Numbered from the whole stretch's first letter, positions 38,760 to 51,946 are shown. The stretch: DNA of 62,554 nucleotides, filler included, from Basidiobolus ranarum (GCA_040143965.1; 34 parts of 34 records of this genome joined end to end with filler, not necessarily neighbours in it), one strand, 5' to 3'. Notes: generated from the letters alone by a model not told the origin. A program made the numbers and translations.

Positions 38760-39532
38760 TACTGAATTCTTCACACCATTACAAAGATCAGCAACTCTAG
38801 AGTCAGATATACTGGCAAAAAAGCTTATCTTCACCATGGAACTGGGTACACCAGTTGGAACAGTGCTAAATTTGGAAGTTTATCCAACACCTGGCTTCTT
38901 TCAACAAGCCCAAGCTCCAGCAAATAAAACTCAAGGCTCTCCAACTTCAACTGGTACTTTTCAAAGTGTTGAAGTTAACCTTCAAGTTCAAGGCAAGCAA
39001 AAAGCCACACAAACACTGCAAAGCACCCTCAGTAGGGTCATACTACAAGGATATACAAAAATAGTCAAAGTGCTTGAGGAGTATTACCAAAAGTATGAAG
39101 GGAAAAATGCAGTGCAAGTATGCAGAAAGTGGCTTCAGAAGAAGAACATTCAACTTGACATTGAGTCTGGTTTGGGCCGTGCAGATATCTGGGAAGAACA
39201 TAATCCAGAGTGGCACAATATTGCAGGGTATCTGCCAGATAGCTGGAAGAATGTTAGGGATTTTGAAGGTGACAAATCAGCATTCAAGTGGTAATTGTGT
39301 AAAATTTGAGTTATGTTTTTCACACATGTCTTGATCCATAGTTCTCTGAGATTGTAGCCAATTATGTGCAACTATTTTGCAAGATCTTGAAATTTCACTC
39401 CTGAAACTGAAAAAGTTGATTGAAATCAAATCTAACTTGACATTTTTTTGACAGTAAGTAAATGGTCAATCTCGAATGGATTAAAATTGTGAAGATTTTT
39501 CTACAATAACAATCCTCAGATTTTTGTTAGGG
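38760..39532 (+). mobile_element. CACTA second-ORF C-terminus running into the left terminus (...TGTTAGGG)
   Basis: ORF 38836-39294 is homologous to 46120-46480, 5270-5452 and 61760-62002, and ends at the TIR. Confidence 0.8.
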
Positions 39533-40208
39533 AGCCGTAATGTGTATGCCAGATAGAGTAGACCCTGTTGGTTTAACAAAATCTACAGCAAGATGGTGCA
39601 TTGAGCCTGCAAAAACCTTCAAGTTTACTGATGGCAGGAGTGTCACCTATACATACAATGATAGGAGCTTTAATTAAATATTCATCCATATGAACCCCAT
39701 TAGATAACAGTTCAAATTCCACAATGAAAGGCTTCAAGAGGCTATCTATAAGCAATGGTAATTTAGGTCCAGATATGATGGATAGTATCACAATACTGTG
39801 ACTCTTGTACCATTCAGAAGGAGGAAGATTTAATTTGATTAAAATTATTGGCCAGCCAGCCTTAGCAACAGTTTATTTGTTTAGTAAGAAACCATCCAGA
39901 GCCAATGCAAATGCATGATCATATGTGTTCCCAAAGAAACCTTGACTTTTCAAATTCTGTAGCAACATTCATCAAGTAAATTGGTAATACCATCCGCTTC
40001 ATAGTGGGTGCTTAGGTATTGGATCAATGATCTATATTTGTGTGATTGCATCAAAACTTAAAGAAGGGGAATCAATGGTATGTAAGCCAAAAATGAATGA
40101 GATTTGTCTGATACAGTGATTGCCAATTGTGTGCAAACAGTACATGCCTCCAGGTTTTTAGTTCACCAGTGAAAGCCAAACAACCATTTGGACATGAAGG
40201 TTGTTTAA
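39533..40208 (-). mobile_element. CACTA/CMC transposase fragment
   Basis: IGDTPAISKL, CCRFC and CPNGCLAF motifs. Confidence 0.88.
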
Positions 40209-40600
40209 TAGACTTGTTCCATTGGACCAGGTCAGATTGTGCCGCTTGATCCAGCCTGCTAGTACACCATCTGGCACGATCTGTCAACTACCATGGCTGG
40301 GTCCTATAACACTTGATTGGACACTATCAGGAACAATATGACACTATCCCACCACAATTGGATATGATAATTTCTTTGGAGATATTGTTCCAGCCCATAC
40401 CAAGTTACCCAATTTAGTATTGCCAAATTACAATTTTGGGTAACTGACAAAGTAAGTTCATCCCCTAGTTTGTAACTTACAAATTACTGAATGTGTAACA
40501 NNNNNNNNNNNNNNNNNNNNNNNNNNNNNNNNNNNNNNNNNNNNTTAATTAATTAANNNNNNNNNNNNNNNNNNNNNNNNNNNNNNNNNNNNNNNNNNNN

Positions 40601-42340
40601 AATCAAAAAATTCAAGAATGTTGTTGTGTTTAGTCCCTACATATGCACATACTTGGCTGATTAGACATAACTCAACAACATCAATATGCTTCAACAGCAA
40701 ACTAATGGTGGAAAAATTGCTAAACATCTGAAATTTTGAATAGCACTGATACTTGGCAAAGAGCTGACTCTTGTTGCATTGACAATGAGAATAAGCTCTT
40801 GGATTTTGGCAAATTTCTATAAAGAATTCAGCCAATATATCCCTGACTTGCAGTCAACAAATGTCCTGCCACAATAGATGTGTCATTGTTGGAATAGATT
40901 ACCCCATGGCTAAAACAATAATACTGCGTATCTTGATCTGTCTCACCAAGAAGTCTGTCTTGCAGCTTTCCTAAAGATACTGTCAGATAATCACACAAGC
41001 AAATTAGTCCAATTATAGAGGTACTTACTCTGTGTCCATGGATTGGGCTTTGTTGCTGTAGTTGTGCTCAAACAATGCAAAAACCCATGAGCATATTAAA
41101 AAGAGCCCTTTGTTGGCAGGTTAATATAATCTGGAGTCTCCTTAACCCATTGCATTACATCTGTCACTGATTTTGCTGATACATTGTTAATCAGATTAGC
41201 ATATGGTAATACTGATGATTTCACACAGAGCATCATTTCACCACAGGTGTGCTCCATTGGGATTTGAATAAATGCCTAGATGAGTAGACATTGATGGGAG
41301 TCCTGGAGAAATACAATGATATCTTGATGTTTTAAGCATTTTCCCAATCAATTCAAAATTGGATCCAATCTCAAATGGCTCATTCATATTGAATTTTCCA
41401 CTATATAGCTGAGTAAGTAGTATTGGAATGTTGTTGAATAGTGAGTGCATAGTGCCTAATGGGAAGCTCTGGCTCCAGCTGATCCCCTTTGGCAATAAAA
41501 TCTTAGTATTATGGCTAATACCAAATTTGATGTTAGACTGACTAATTGGTGAATTGATATCAGTGATCATGTTGAAATCTGATCAGGCTCTTGATGATAA
41601 AATCATGCAGTTTAGTGTCGTATTTGGATAGTAGTAGTGCGTATGCCTAATAGAGTAAACTCCATTGATTTGACAAAATTTCCAGCAAGATAGTGCATTA
41701 TGCCTGCAAAAACCTCCAGGTTTACTGATGGCAGGAGTGTCACAAATACATATAAAGATATGAGCTTTAATAAAATAATCACCCATCTGAACCCCATTGG
41801 ATAACCGTTCAAATTCCACAATCTAAGCCTCCAAGAAGCTATCCATATGTACTGGTGATTTAGGTCCAGATATGATAGATACTATCAAAATATTATGACT
41901 CTTTTACCATTCAGAAGGAGGAAGATTTAAGTTGATGAAATTATTGGCCAGCAAACCTTTCCAATGGTATATTTGTTTAGTGAGAAACCATCCAGAGCCA
42001 ATGCAAATACATGATCATATATGTTCTCAAAGAAACCTTGACTTTTCAGATTCTGGTAGTGATATCCATCAAGTATATTGGTAATACCATCAGCTTTACC
42101 CTAAAAAAAATAAAATCAATTTGATCCGGATCGGATCCACCCTCCAAAATAGCAAAACCGCCAGAGAACCGTCACAATATTGTTGGCTTGCATTCTGCCA
42201 GGGATTTTGATAATGTGACGGCGGTTTCATGACGGTATCTTGGCGGTATTCATACATGTTAAATTATTGATCCTCAAATTTGGCATGCATTATTCAATAT
42301 CCAGCAATTTTAGCAAAAATATAATTTTCGAATGGCAAAT
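40601..42340 (-). mobile_element. CACTA transposase pseudogene (40601-42098) with a young right terminus nested at 42099
   Basis: GTMH and CCWKFC motifs; CCCTAAAAAAAATAAAATCAATTTGATCCGGATCGGATCC at 42099. Confidence 0.88.
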
Positions 42341-42440
42341 NNNNNNNNNNNNNNNNNNNNNNNNNNNNNNNNNNNNNNNNNNNNTTAATTAATTAANNNN
42401 NNNNNNNNNNNNNNNNNNNNNNNNNNNNNNNNNNNNNNNN

Positions 42441-42710
42441 GGCATATCTGATACCTCCCTTGACTGGGAGCTTGTGACGGGAGTGCTCGGCACGATAGGC
42501 ACGAACAATCTCAGTCTCACCATCTTCACGCTCGATGGGGAAGGTGACGCTAAGGACAGCGTCGACACCTCTGATGGTGTTCAATAAAGATTTCTTGACT
42601 CCACTAGCCTTGGCGGCAATATCAAAGAATTCTTCAACACATTGAAGGAAGTTAGGCTCGTGGGCCTCGCATGCGGCATTTTCGTTTCCTTGGTATTTAG
42701 TAGTGGACAT
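42441..42710 (-). CDS. GDH: Glutamate dehydrogenase, animal GLUD-like, copy 1, N-terminal 90 codons
   Basis: EPNFLQCVEEFFD...VLSVTFPIEREDG..EIVRAYRAEHSRHKLPVKGGIRYA parallels GLUD1 DPNFFKMVEGFFD...[37 protein letters not shown]. TATA-like sequence at ~42783-42791. Confidence 0.95.
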
Positions 42711-43916
42711 TTTCAGATGTTCTTTGTTGTTGAATAGAATATTGACAACAGTATTGATGAGTAGAGTTATGGTGTATCTTACTTATATATACACATTTTT
42801 TTACCGACTTTGGAGTACACTAGGCCGTATAAGGTAGGAAATCTGGCCAAGTATATTTCCATTGATCTTTTGGTAGTTCATCATGACCCTGATTTAACCA
42901 GTGTTTGATGCTCCTATGACTAGTACTCTTATCATGCTTAAATTTGGCTCTATCAGTTATCCATTGAATTTATTTGACTATATTAAGTAATATATTACCA
43001 CGAGCATTCTTAAATCACAAACCCTACATGTTTACGCTGAGGCACATCTTTAATCGACGTTAATCTGTGTCTTTTCGACTGTTGGTTCTATGCTTTGGTG
43101 TTACATGTACTTGAGCCTCATGATGGGCCCTTGTAACAATCGGCAGTGGTTTTTCCTGCGAACAGGTATTGCTATTTTGTATCGATGAAGACCTGCCGAC
43201 ATAATCGATCCAGCTACCTCCATTCCGTTAGTTCAAAGATAAGATAAGAGGTAGGACAAATCCTGTGAGGTGATATGGTTGTACCAGGTAAAGAATACTA
43301 TTATTTTCTACGTAATCTAGACTATATTCTAAGCACTATCCCGAGAATGTTACACCCAGTAAAGTATTCTACAAGTCGTTCAATGGCACTTTTTCAATTA
43401 GCGGACTTTCCTTTTAAATTGAATACCTTGAGACCTAATCATGTTATCTTTTCAAGTAATTCTCCTGTATAATAGTAGTTTTGTACTTAGTGATGCTCCC
43501 ATAGAGCTCCGATAAATGATTAACATTCCTTTAAATGGACAAAGCACAATGACTGCTTTACTCAAATTTAAGGCGATTGCCTTGTTTTGATGATGATTCT
43601 ACCGAATCGTTTACGCCTGATCTCGCAATCGGAAAACTAAAGAAGGTAGGGAATGGGAAAATCCACATGAAAAGTTACACCATGATCAAAATAATCCATT
43701 TTCCTGTCATCAACCAAACGGTAATGCCCGAATGTCTTCCCCGTCCAAATTTGAAGAAAATAGGCGCCGGGAAAACCCGTAGGTAGGGAGGGAAAATTGA
43801 TCAGCAAGATAATGTTCAAAGTAGTAACTAACGATTGTATACCGCTTATCGTATAGGATAAACTATATAAAGAACCCATCAGAGAGTAAAAAAATCATCA
43901 TCTACAAATCATAACA

Positions 43917-44180
43917 ATGTCAAAGTATCACGGAAATGAAAATGCCGCTTGTGAGGCCCACGAGCCTAACTTCCTTCAGTGTGTTGAGGAGTTCTTTGAT
44001 ATTGCTGCCAAGGCTAGTGGAGTCAAGAAGTCCTTGTTGAACACCATCAGAGGTGTTGACGCTGTGCTCAGCGTCACCTTCCCCATCGAGCGTGAAGATG
44101 GTGAGACTGAGATTGTTCGTGCCTATCGTGCCGAGCACTCCCGTCACAAGCTCCCAGTCAAGGGAGGTATCAGATATGCC
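43917..44180 (+). CDS. GDH: Glutamate dehydrogenase, animal GLUD-like, copy 2, N-terminal 88 codons
   Basis: Protein identical to copy 1 from GNENAA onward. TATATAAA at ~43864. Confidence 0.95.
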
Positions 44181-45693
44181 NNNNNNNNNNNNNNNNNNNN
44201 NNNNNNNNNNNNNNNNNNNNNNNNTTAATTAATTAANNNNNNNNNNNNNNNNNNNNNNNNNNNNNNNNNNNNNNNNNNNNTACTGGCAGTGGTGTATCCT
44301 TCCTCTGGCATCAATAGAGTCATTGTTAAATAAAAAAGAAATTCAGAGTAGACGAACTATCTGCTGTGCAGATGTTCAAATTTCACAAATAGAAAAGACA
44401 AGCAATAAATTAAGAGCTATTTAAAAACATCTTCATCGAATCAAGTCCAATTTAACTTCTTACAGTGTTGTAGGATATTCTCCTTGATATTGGCCTACTT
44501 TTTCATTATTGATATATACATGTAAAAGCGAAAATGCAGTATATTGGAAGAAAGCAAGCCCGATTTCTTGAATCCTTATTGAGATTCATTAAATTTGTGA
44601 TCAGATCTAGCCGGATTGATCGCTAATCGCATTTATGGAGGCAGTCCAATACGGCTATTTCTATATTCAGTCACAACTGTACAAATCAAGTAAATTTTAT
44701 ATACAACGTAAAATGGCCCAAGATAATGGAACAAAGGTCTGTGATTTGCATTGGCCAGCCTGCATACCAATTCCCTCATTTAACATTACTAACTTTTAGT
44801 TCATTAACAAGTAAATTTGGATCCATTAAGAGTTCCTTATTTATTTAATTCGAATCACATTTTTTGGTACAATCTGGACAGGTGGATCGGGACCTAAACG
44901 TGTATAGCCTAAATGAACTCATTAGCACCACACAGTGTGTGTATCCGAGTAGGATTTTGCAGAATCACTATGAGGTTACAACTTCCAGATTATCGAAGCG
45001 GACTGATACAACTGGCACTCATAACAAGTTTGTCTACAATATTTTATCTTCGTCTTGTTCCCGCATTGTTTCCAAGATCGTACCTATCCGCACACTGAGT
45101 AGTGGAGTGGTTATTGAATGTGGTCCAATATTGAACATTTATGACGAGCACTCGCAAGCTCATGATGTGTTTTATTGAAATAGGCTATAAAGCAATATCC
45201 ACTAGTTCTATCATCCCTGTATAACGAATAAATATTAGCCCAAGTGTGTATGCCAGCAACGTAATTTCTAAGAGTAAGTTAGAATTCGTACCATTTCTTT
45301 CAACATCGATAGTAACGCTACTATTTTGTCAATTAATAATATACTTTAAATTTATTGGACTAATCGGTTCACAGTTAACATAATTAGTTTACATATGTTC
45401 ACAATCTATACCTCCACTAATAGCCTCTCAAGCCATATCGGATTGAATCTTGATTCGCTAAAGTACTTGTCAATAAATGGAACGTAGAGTATTCGTAACC
45501 ATAGAATTATATCATGGATCTCGAAGTCAGTGCATCTTTCAATATGGAAAAAGGTGGATTGGGATCTGGGAGTCACGTTGACAGATTTTCACCATACGTG
45601 GAGAGTGGAGGTAAAAATATATAAAGCGGCGGTGGATGCTCAGTTATAGATCAGTACTGAATTACTATTAGAAACATACTACTAAACATCAAA

Positions 45694-46019
45694 ATGGTCA
45701 ATCTTACATCTGCTTTATCCTGCGTGTTCCTCGCAGCTGCCACTTTCATAGCCTCTTCCGTTGAGGCCTTACCAACTCACAATATAGTCGCCGCTCCTAG
45801 TTCCTCAAACCAAACTGAGATAGCTAGCACATCCAGTAAACTCGCTAATATCAGCGTGCTGGCCTATTGCTCTCGCAGCTTCCGCTTCAACAATGGCCAA
45901 TGTACCGACTGGGCTGATGCCCGCTACTATGAACTCACTTGCCAACATACGGAGTGGTGGGGTGATGCTCGCACCTGGCCCAACAGTGCCCGCAATGTCA
46001 ACGGATGGGTTGTCTCTAG
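45694..46019 (+). CDS. Secreted CHAP-domain (Cys/His amidohydrolase) protein, 3' truncated
   Basis: Signal peptide ending VEA|LP, a Ser/Thr linker, then GQCTDWADARY...WWGDARTW...GWVVS, the CHAP GQCT / WG[ND]A..W pattern. TATATAAA at ~45619. The catalytic His would lie beyond the contig end. Confidence 0.85.
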
Positions 46020-46119
46020 NNNNNNNNNNNNNNNNNNNNNNNNNNNNNNNNNNNNNNNNNNNNTTAATTAATTAANNNNNNNNNNNNNNNNNNNNNNNNN
46101 NNNNNNNNNNNNNNNNNNN

Positions 46120-46761
46120 CAAAGCACCCTCAGTAGTATCACACTACAAGGATGTACAAAAATAGTCAAAGTGTTTGAGGAGTATTTTCAAAAGTATGAA
46201 GGGAGAAATGCAGTGCAAGTATGCAGAAAGTGGCTTCAGAAGAAGAACATTCAACTTGACATTCAGTCTGTTGTTGACCATGCAGATATCTGGGAAAAAC
46301 TTAATACAGAGTGGCACAATATCACAGGGTATCTGTGAGATATCTGGAAGAATGTTGATTCAGCAACGTAAATACAATGGTGCACTTTGATGGAGATATT
46401 GACACAAACTTGTGTTGGGTATGAGCTAAACCTTGGGTCTGAGGAACTCTATAAAAATATTCAGGAGAATATATCAAAAAGACTAGGGATTTCAAAGGTG
46501 ACAAATTAGTGTTCAAGTGGTAATTGTGTAAAATTTGAGTGATGTTTTTTGCACATGTGTTGATCCATAGTTCTCAGAGATTTTAGCCAATCATTTGCAA
46601 CTATTTTGCAAGATCTTGAAATTTCACTCCTGAAACTGAAAAAGTTGATGAAAATCAAATCTAACTTGACAATTTTATGACAGTAAGTAAACAATCAATC
46701 CTAAATGGATTAAAAATGTGATGGTTTTCCTACAACAACAATCCTCAAATTTCTGTTAGGG
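46120..46761 (+). mobile_element. CACTA second-ORF C-terminus plus left terminus
   Basis: Homologous to 39020-39532 and ends TTTCTGTTAGGG. Confidence 0.82.
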
Positions 46762-48409
46762 ATCAAATGTATAACCCAGACATTTGTATGTTTTTATGCA
46801 ATCATTTGTCTCTCACTCACATATTATCCTGATCTTCAATTGAGCCCAGTGGCTCCTGCATTATGAAACACCAGTAGTTTTGGCACACCAGTGACAAATG
46901 ACAGCACTGGATGATGGATCAAGCTGCAGTAAAAGAGTAATGATCAGGATTGCTTGATTCATCATTTTTTGATCAGCAAATTATTCATTCAATCATATGA
47001 GCTTCTAGTTGGGTGACAATGTGAATGGATTGAGCCATATTGAGCCAATACAGCTCCATAAGCTTTTTCTTGATGGACATTTTTCATTTAATTGTAGTGC
47101 AATTGCTTGCATTGATTGGTTATGATTGATTTTTTTGATACATGATGATTTCATGCTGGAGTTGTTATAGGGTGTGAGCAGTAACCATAACTGCAATATC
47201 CTAAGGGTTTTGTGAGGTGTCCAAAGAGTGCAATATTCATAGTTGAATAGCTCTGGGATATACTGTAATTTGGGTCTGTCTCTTGCCTCTTGAATCTTTG
47301 TGAAAGGGAACCAAGCCTCTAGAAATGTCTAAAGATTGATAAACTACAATATAATGTCCAGCTTTCTGTTGAATAATATGCTTGCTCTTGACAAAAGAAT
47401 TACTGGCTTCAATGTCCTTTGAGAATGATCAGATAAAAAGGGTATAGCCAATCAAAAACAGCTTTAAACTCAGCTTGCAGGGTCTTGATCAAGGAAGTAC
47501 TAGTAGTGATTAATGCAAGGATATGAAAAGTGTGTTGCCTATGCAGGCAAAGCTAGGTAAAAATATAGAAAACATCAGGAATATAACATCTACTTGTCAG
47601 TACTTGCTCTGACCCAGTCAAGTCCTTTCTAGTCATCCAGTAGCCTGTAACTATCTCTGGTAGTCTCTCTTGAGCTTCCTCTTTAAAGGTCTTCTAAGCA
47701 GTGATGAAAATAGGGGGTGATCACAAGTAGTATATATAGGCCAAAAACCAGGATTATTTTTATTGAAAAGGTATGGCTCCTATTTATACTTTTCTGAAGA
47801 TAGAAATGGTTACTGATGAGAGGTTCTGGAAAGTTCCAGAGAAATCTATTGGTGGTGANNNNNNNNNNNNNNNNNNNNNNNNNNNNNNNNNNNNNNNNNN
47901 NNTTAATTAATTAANNNNNNNNNNNNNNNNNNNNNNNNNNNNNNNNNNNNNNNNNNNNGTATGACGTGAGTGTAAATCCATAATGATCACCGTAATACTT
48001 TGTTATTTCAGTGATGGTACCATTAACGCAATCAGGATCTAAGCACTTGTGCTCCAATTTTCCAAACCCTGATAAAAAATCACTAACAGGAAGACCTTCT
48101 GCACTCAACATTTCTACCGCAAGATTCATCGCTTTACTAACGACATTTTTACCCCAAGATCCATCGATTTATACTATCATACAATTACGGTGAAAGCAAG
48201 GTACTCTTAATTCTCCATGTTTTATGAAAATGCTGGGAAAGTTATCGAAGGTTGCATAGTTGATGGTGTCTGATTATTTTCATGGTTGAATTTTATCCTC
48301 TCATATTCTATATTTCGATGTGGATACTTTCGTGGGTAGAACACATGGCTTAGGTTACCCTGTTAAGTCAATAATTGCAACAGTTACAAATTACCGTTGA
48401 AAGGATGAA

Positions 48410-48590
48410 AGTTTTGAATGTTTGGAAAGAATACGAACAGTCTCAGCACCAAGCCCTCCTCATGTAGCACCAGTCAATAAAATAACCTTTTCATCGATTT
48501 GGTTAGAGAACTTGTCTGCTCCTTTTTTTTCACCTGATGTAGGATGCTATGTTTACTGAAGTTCAATCCGTGGCAGTGGCATGAGGGCAT
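48410..48590 (-). pseudogene. Short-chain dehydrogenase/reductase N-terminal remnant
   Basis: ADKFSNQIDEKVIFI-(frameshift)-TGAT*EGLGAETVRILSKH resembles the fungal SDR GKVILITG..GGLGAETARALA Rossmann motif. Confidence 0.55.
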
Positions 48591-49797
48591 TTTATACTAA
48601 ATTTGTTGATGTCTTTGTTACCTGTTTACACCAAAGCAAATAGTCCATCCTAGAATTGCGTGGGTGCTTTATTATCAGATCATTGGGTGTGGATCCGGAA
48701 ATGAATGGCCCGAGATGCGGCTTGCTTAATGATTTTCCTGATACGAAGTTTACACTGTGCTTTAGTCAATGTTTATATCAAAATACGATATGGCATGCAC
48801 AACTATAACGTTCAGATCTCCTAACTATATCAGGTATTCAAAACCTTCAGCCTTGGGTAACTGCTATTGTTACTACCCTTCAACATCGTGTTTTTGCTGT
48901 GCAAATTTATAAATTTACCAGGTGTCGTATGGCGAGTATAATATTATCCTTATTGGATACAAGTTGATGTGAGACGAGCACGGCATGTTTCTATAGGTGT
49001 TGAATGTACACCTGTACATCTAATACTTCAGGAAGTCTCCTATAGCTTATTTCTGGCCATCGCTGCCATGTTACTAACAGTATGTTTTCAATTATTGGTT
49101 CAATGAGTACGAGAAAAGTGTTGCTACTATTGGTCGAATTTTGCAGTATTAGCTGACATAATGCGCTATGTAGGCACAAGGTTTTGATATGAATGCTCCT
49201 TGTACCAGTTCGTAAAATCTTAAGGGCTTAGATTATTCAAGATGGATTCAACTTGATATCATGGTATCTCCGTGGTTGTTTGCAATTAACTGATGCTCAA
49301 TATCTTTGCTACTGTTTTGTCTGAGCATATCTTGATACTTTTATCGAACGACGATACTTTAAAAGCACCAATGAAACCCAATAGTCAAATATGGTTGTAG
49401 TTGCTCATTACAGGCAAACAAGCGGCTGTCAACAAAGCTCTCTACCCCGAATTTACATTTGCTGTGTTGAATATTGCAATTGCGACAAACTGTCCTGCAA
49501 GACTGACCATGTGGAGCTTAGAGATCAACCAAACCAGAGAAAAATACAAAGTGGATGTAAGTCTAAATTTATTGAACAATTAATACGGATTCGAATACAA
49601 CACATATAGTAATCTAGTAGTCAATGTTCTCAAAAGGGTTCATGGTAAATGGAGCCTTATAGCCATTTTTTGGCTTCATAGGGAGCGCCACACTACTNNN
49701 NNNNNNNNNNNNNNNNNNNNNNNNNNNNNNNNNNNNNNNNNTTAATTAATTAANNNNNNNNNNNNNNNNNNNNNNNNNNNNNNNNNNNNNNNNNNNN

Positions 49798-51536
49798 ATG
49801 TCCTGTATATAGCTTACTATGGAATAGGACTATTGGATGTGCTAGGATCATAGCAAACATGCCTGTTAAGCCTGGATGAAAATTTGAGGTGATTTGGAGA
49901 AATTTTGAGAAAATAGTGAATATTGGTAAAATTAATCTAATTGAAATTTCTATCATTGAGAGCAATAAACACACATTTTTGAATGACAGAATTGAGTGCT
50001 AAATAATCAGAATATGAATAAACTAACTACTCAATAATGAGTTGCTCTTTATCAAATTTCAATATTACCACTCAACTGATTATTTTGTATTTCTCTTAAA
50101 CCCAACTTATATATCAATAATTTAAATTGTGCTCTAGCCAAAGGTTTGGTTAAGATATCAGCTAAAATTTCTTCAGTAGGGCAATAGACAAGTTCAATTG
50201 TACCATTTTCTATTGCATCTCTAACAAAATGATGCCAACTATCTGTATGTTTTGTTGTAGCATGAGATTAAGGGTTTTTAGCTCATGATCTGAGTATTTG
50301 TTTTACTGCATATTTGTGCTCAGATCCTGGATTTTTGAGATATTGGCTGATATTTCCTACTGCCACAGCAATGTCTGGACATGTTCCAACCATTGCATAC
50401 ATTAAACTACCAACCATGGATTGATAAGGGAACTCCTGGCTTTGATTGGAGTCATATGAGTCAAATTGGATGAAACTTTGATCAATTTCACATTGGGATC
50501 CATGGGTGTGGATACAGGCATGCTATCTCCATGTTGAAGCATTTTTGGATGTCTAGGATGTATCTAGACTGTTTCAGCATGACTTTCTGATTGGGTTTAT
50601 CTCTCTTGACTTGGATTCCAAGAAAATAACTTAATTCACTCATATAAGTCATCTGAGTTAGTTTGATACACTGCTTTTTGTCTGATTAAGTGCTTCTAGA
50701 TCATTTGTGGCTATGATTAAGTCATTCACTTATAGTGCCAAGATAATGATCCTATCTCCGGTTGTTTGGATGTCTATACTGTGATCTGCTCTGCATTTTT
50801 GGAATTCTAGTGATATCAAGTAGATATCTGTCTTGTTGTACCATGTCCTGGGCGCTTGCTTGGGTCCATATAGAAATTTTGCAGTTTACAGACTGTATGA
50901 GGATATTTTGGGTCAACCAATCCATCTTGTTGCACCATATGGATCTCTTCTTCTATATTTTCAATCAGAAAGGCTGTTTTTACATCCATTTGATGTAGAT
51001 CAAGGTTATGGATGGCTGAGAGTGCCAGGATTGATCAAATGGAGCTAAACGTAGCTACTGGAGCAAAAGTTTCATTAAATCAACTCCCTGAGTCAGGGAA
51101 TAGCCTTTTGAAACTCATCTTGCTTTATACCTTTCTATGGTTTCATCAGCTTGTTTTTTGACTTTGTAGACCCATTTGCAACCTATTGGCTTTCTCTCTG
51201 ATGGAAGAGGAATTGAAACCCATAGTTTATTGTTTGATCTACAGTTTGTGGCTTGTCACAGAATGCTGCATAAGCATATACATCAACATTGCAAGTGTTC
51301 CACCAGTTTTAAGGCTTATTTCCCCTTCAGGATGATCTCCTGGGTCCTAAATCATCCGCTGATGTAATTGGGACTGGAATTCAAGTTGAATAGGGCACAG
51401 ATACAGCTGGAATTTTGTCAGACACTTCCTTAATAGTGCTGATGGTGTTTTCTGGATCGAGAACTGTGATTTGAGATGAGAAATTTGCTTTTTCATCAAA
51501 AATCAAATATCTGCACTTGATTAACTTCCAATTTTT
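49798..51536 (-). mobile_element. Copia family C 3' half: integrase end, RT, RNase H, polypurine tract and 3' LTR (49798-50064)
   Basis: Homologous to 14791-16537 and 24345-25763; AGTTGAGTGG tract next to the LTR. Confidence 0.92.
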
Positions 51537-51946
51537 NNNNNNNNNNNNNNNNNNNNNNNNNNNNNNNNNNNNNNNNNNNNTTAATTAATTAANNNNNNNN
51601 NNNNNNNNNNNNNNNNNNNNNNNNNNNNNNNNNNNNAACCAAAGACCTACAAGTACTGTACACTGTCTCTAATAATCAACTTTACACTCACTTTTTTATG
51701 TGGTTTCACCTCCCTTTAAGCAGGGTTTGGAAATTAGTAACATTACAAGTTGATAATTTATCTCCTAATTCGCAAATGTTAAAAAGAAAAAATCTACAGT
51801 TTTCTGAGTGATCTTCAGCGTTGCGGACACCAATTGGTAACCTCTCACCACTAAGCCTATAACTTCTTATTTACATCTCAGAAGGATACATTGATTCTGC
51901 CTATAGTACACCAGTGCTCAAATTACTCACTTCTTTACGCACATTT

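Noticed and set aside
43275-43879. Small ORFs in the GDH spacer, such as a recombinase or regulator
   Set aside because: Short, overlapping, non-ATG or featureless, with no recognisable motifs.
42441-46019. GDH pair and CHAP gene as one gene cluster
   Set aside because: They are on different contigs ordered by size, so there is no linkage information.
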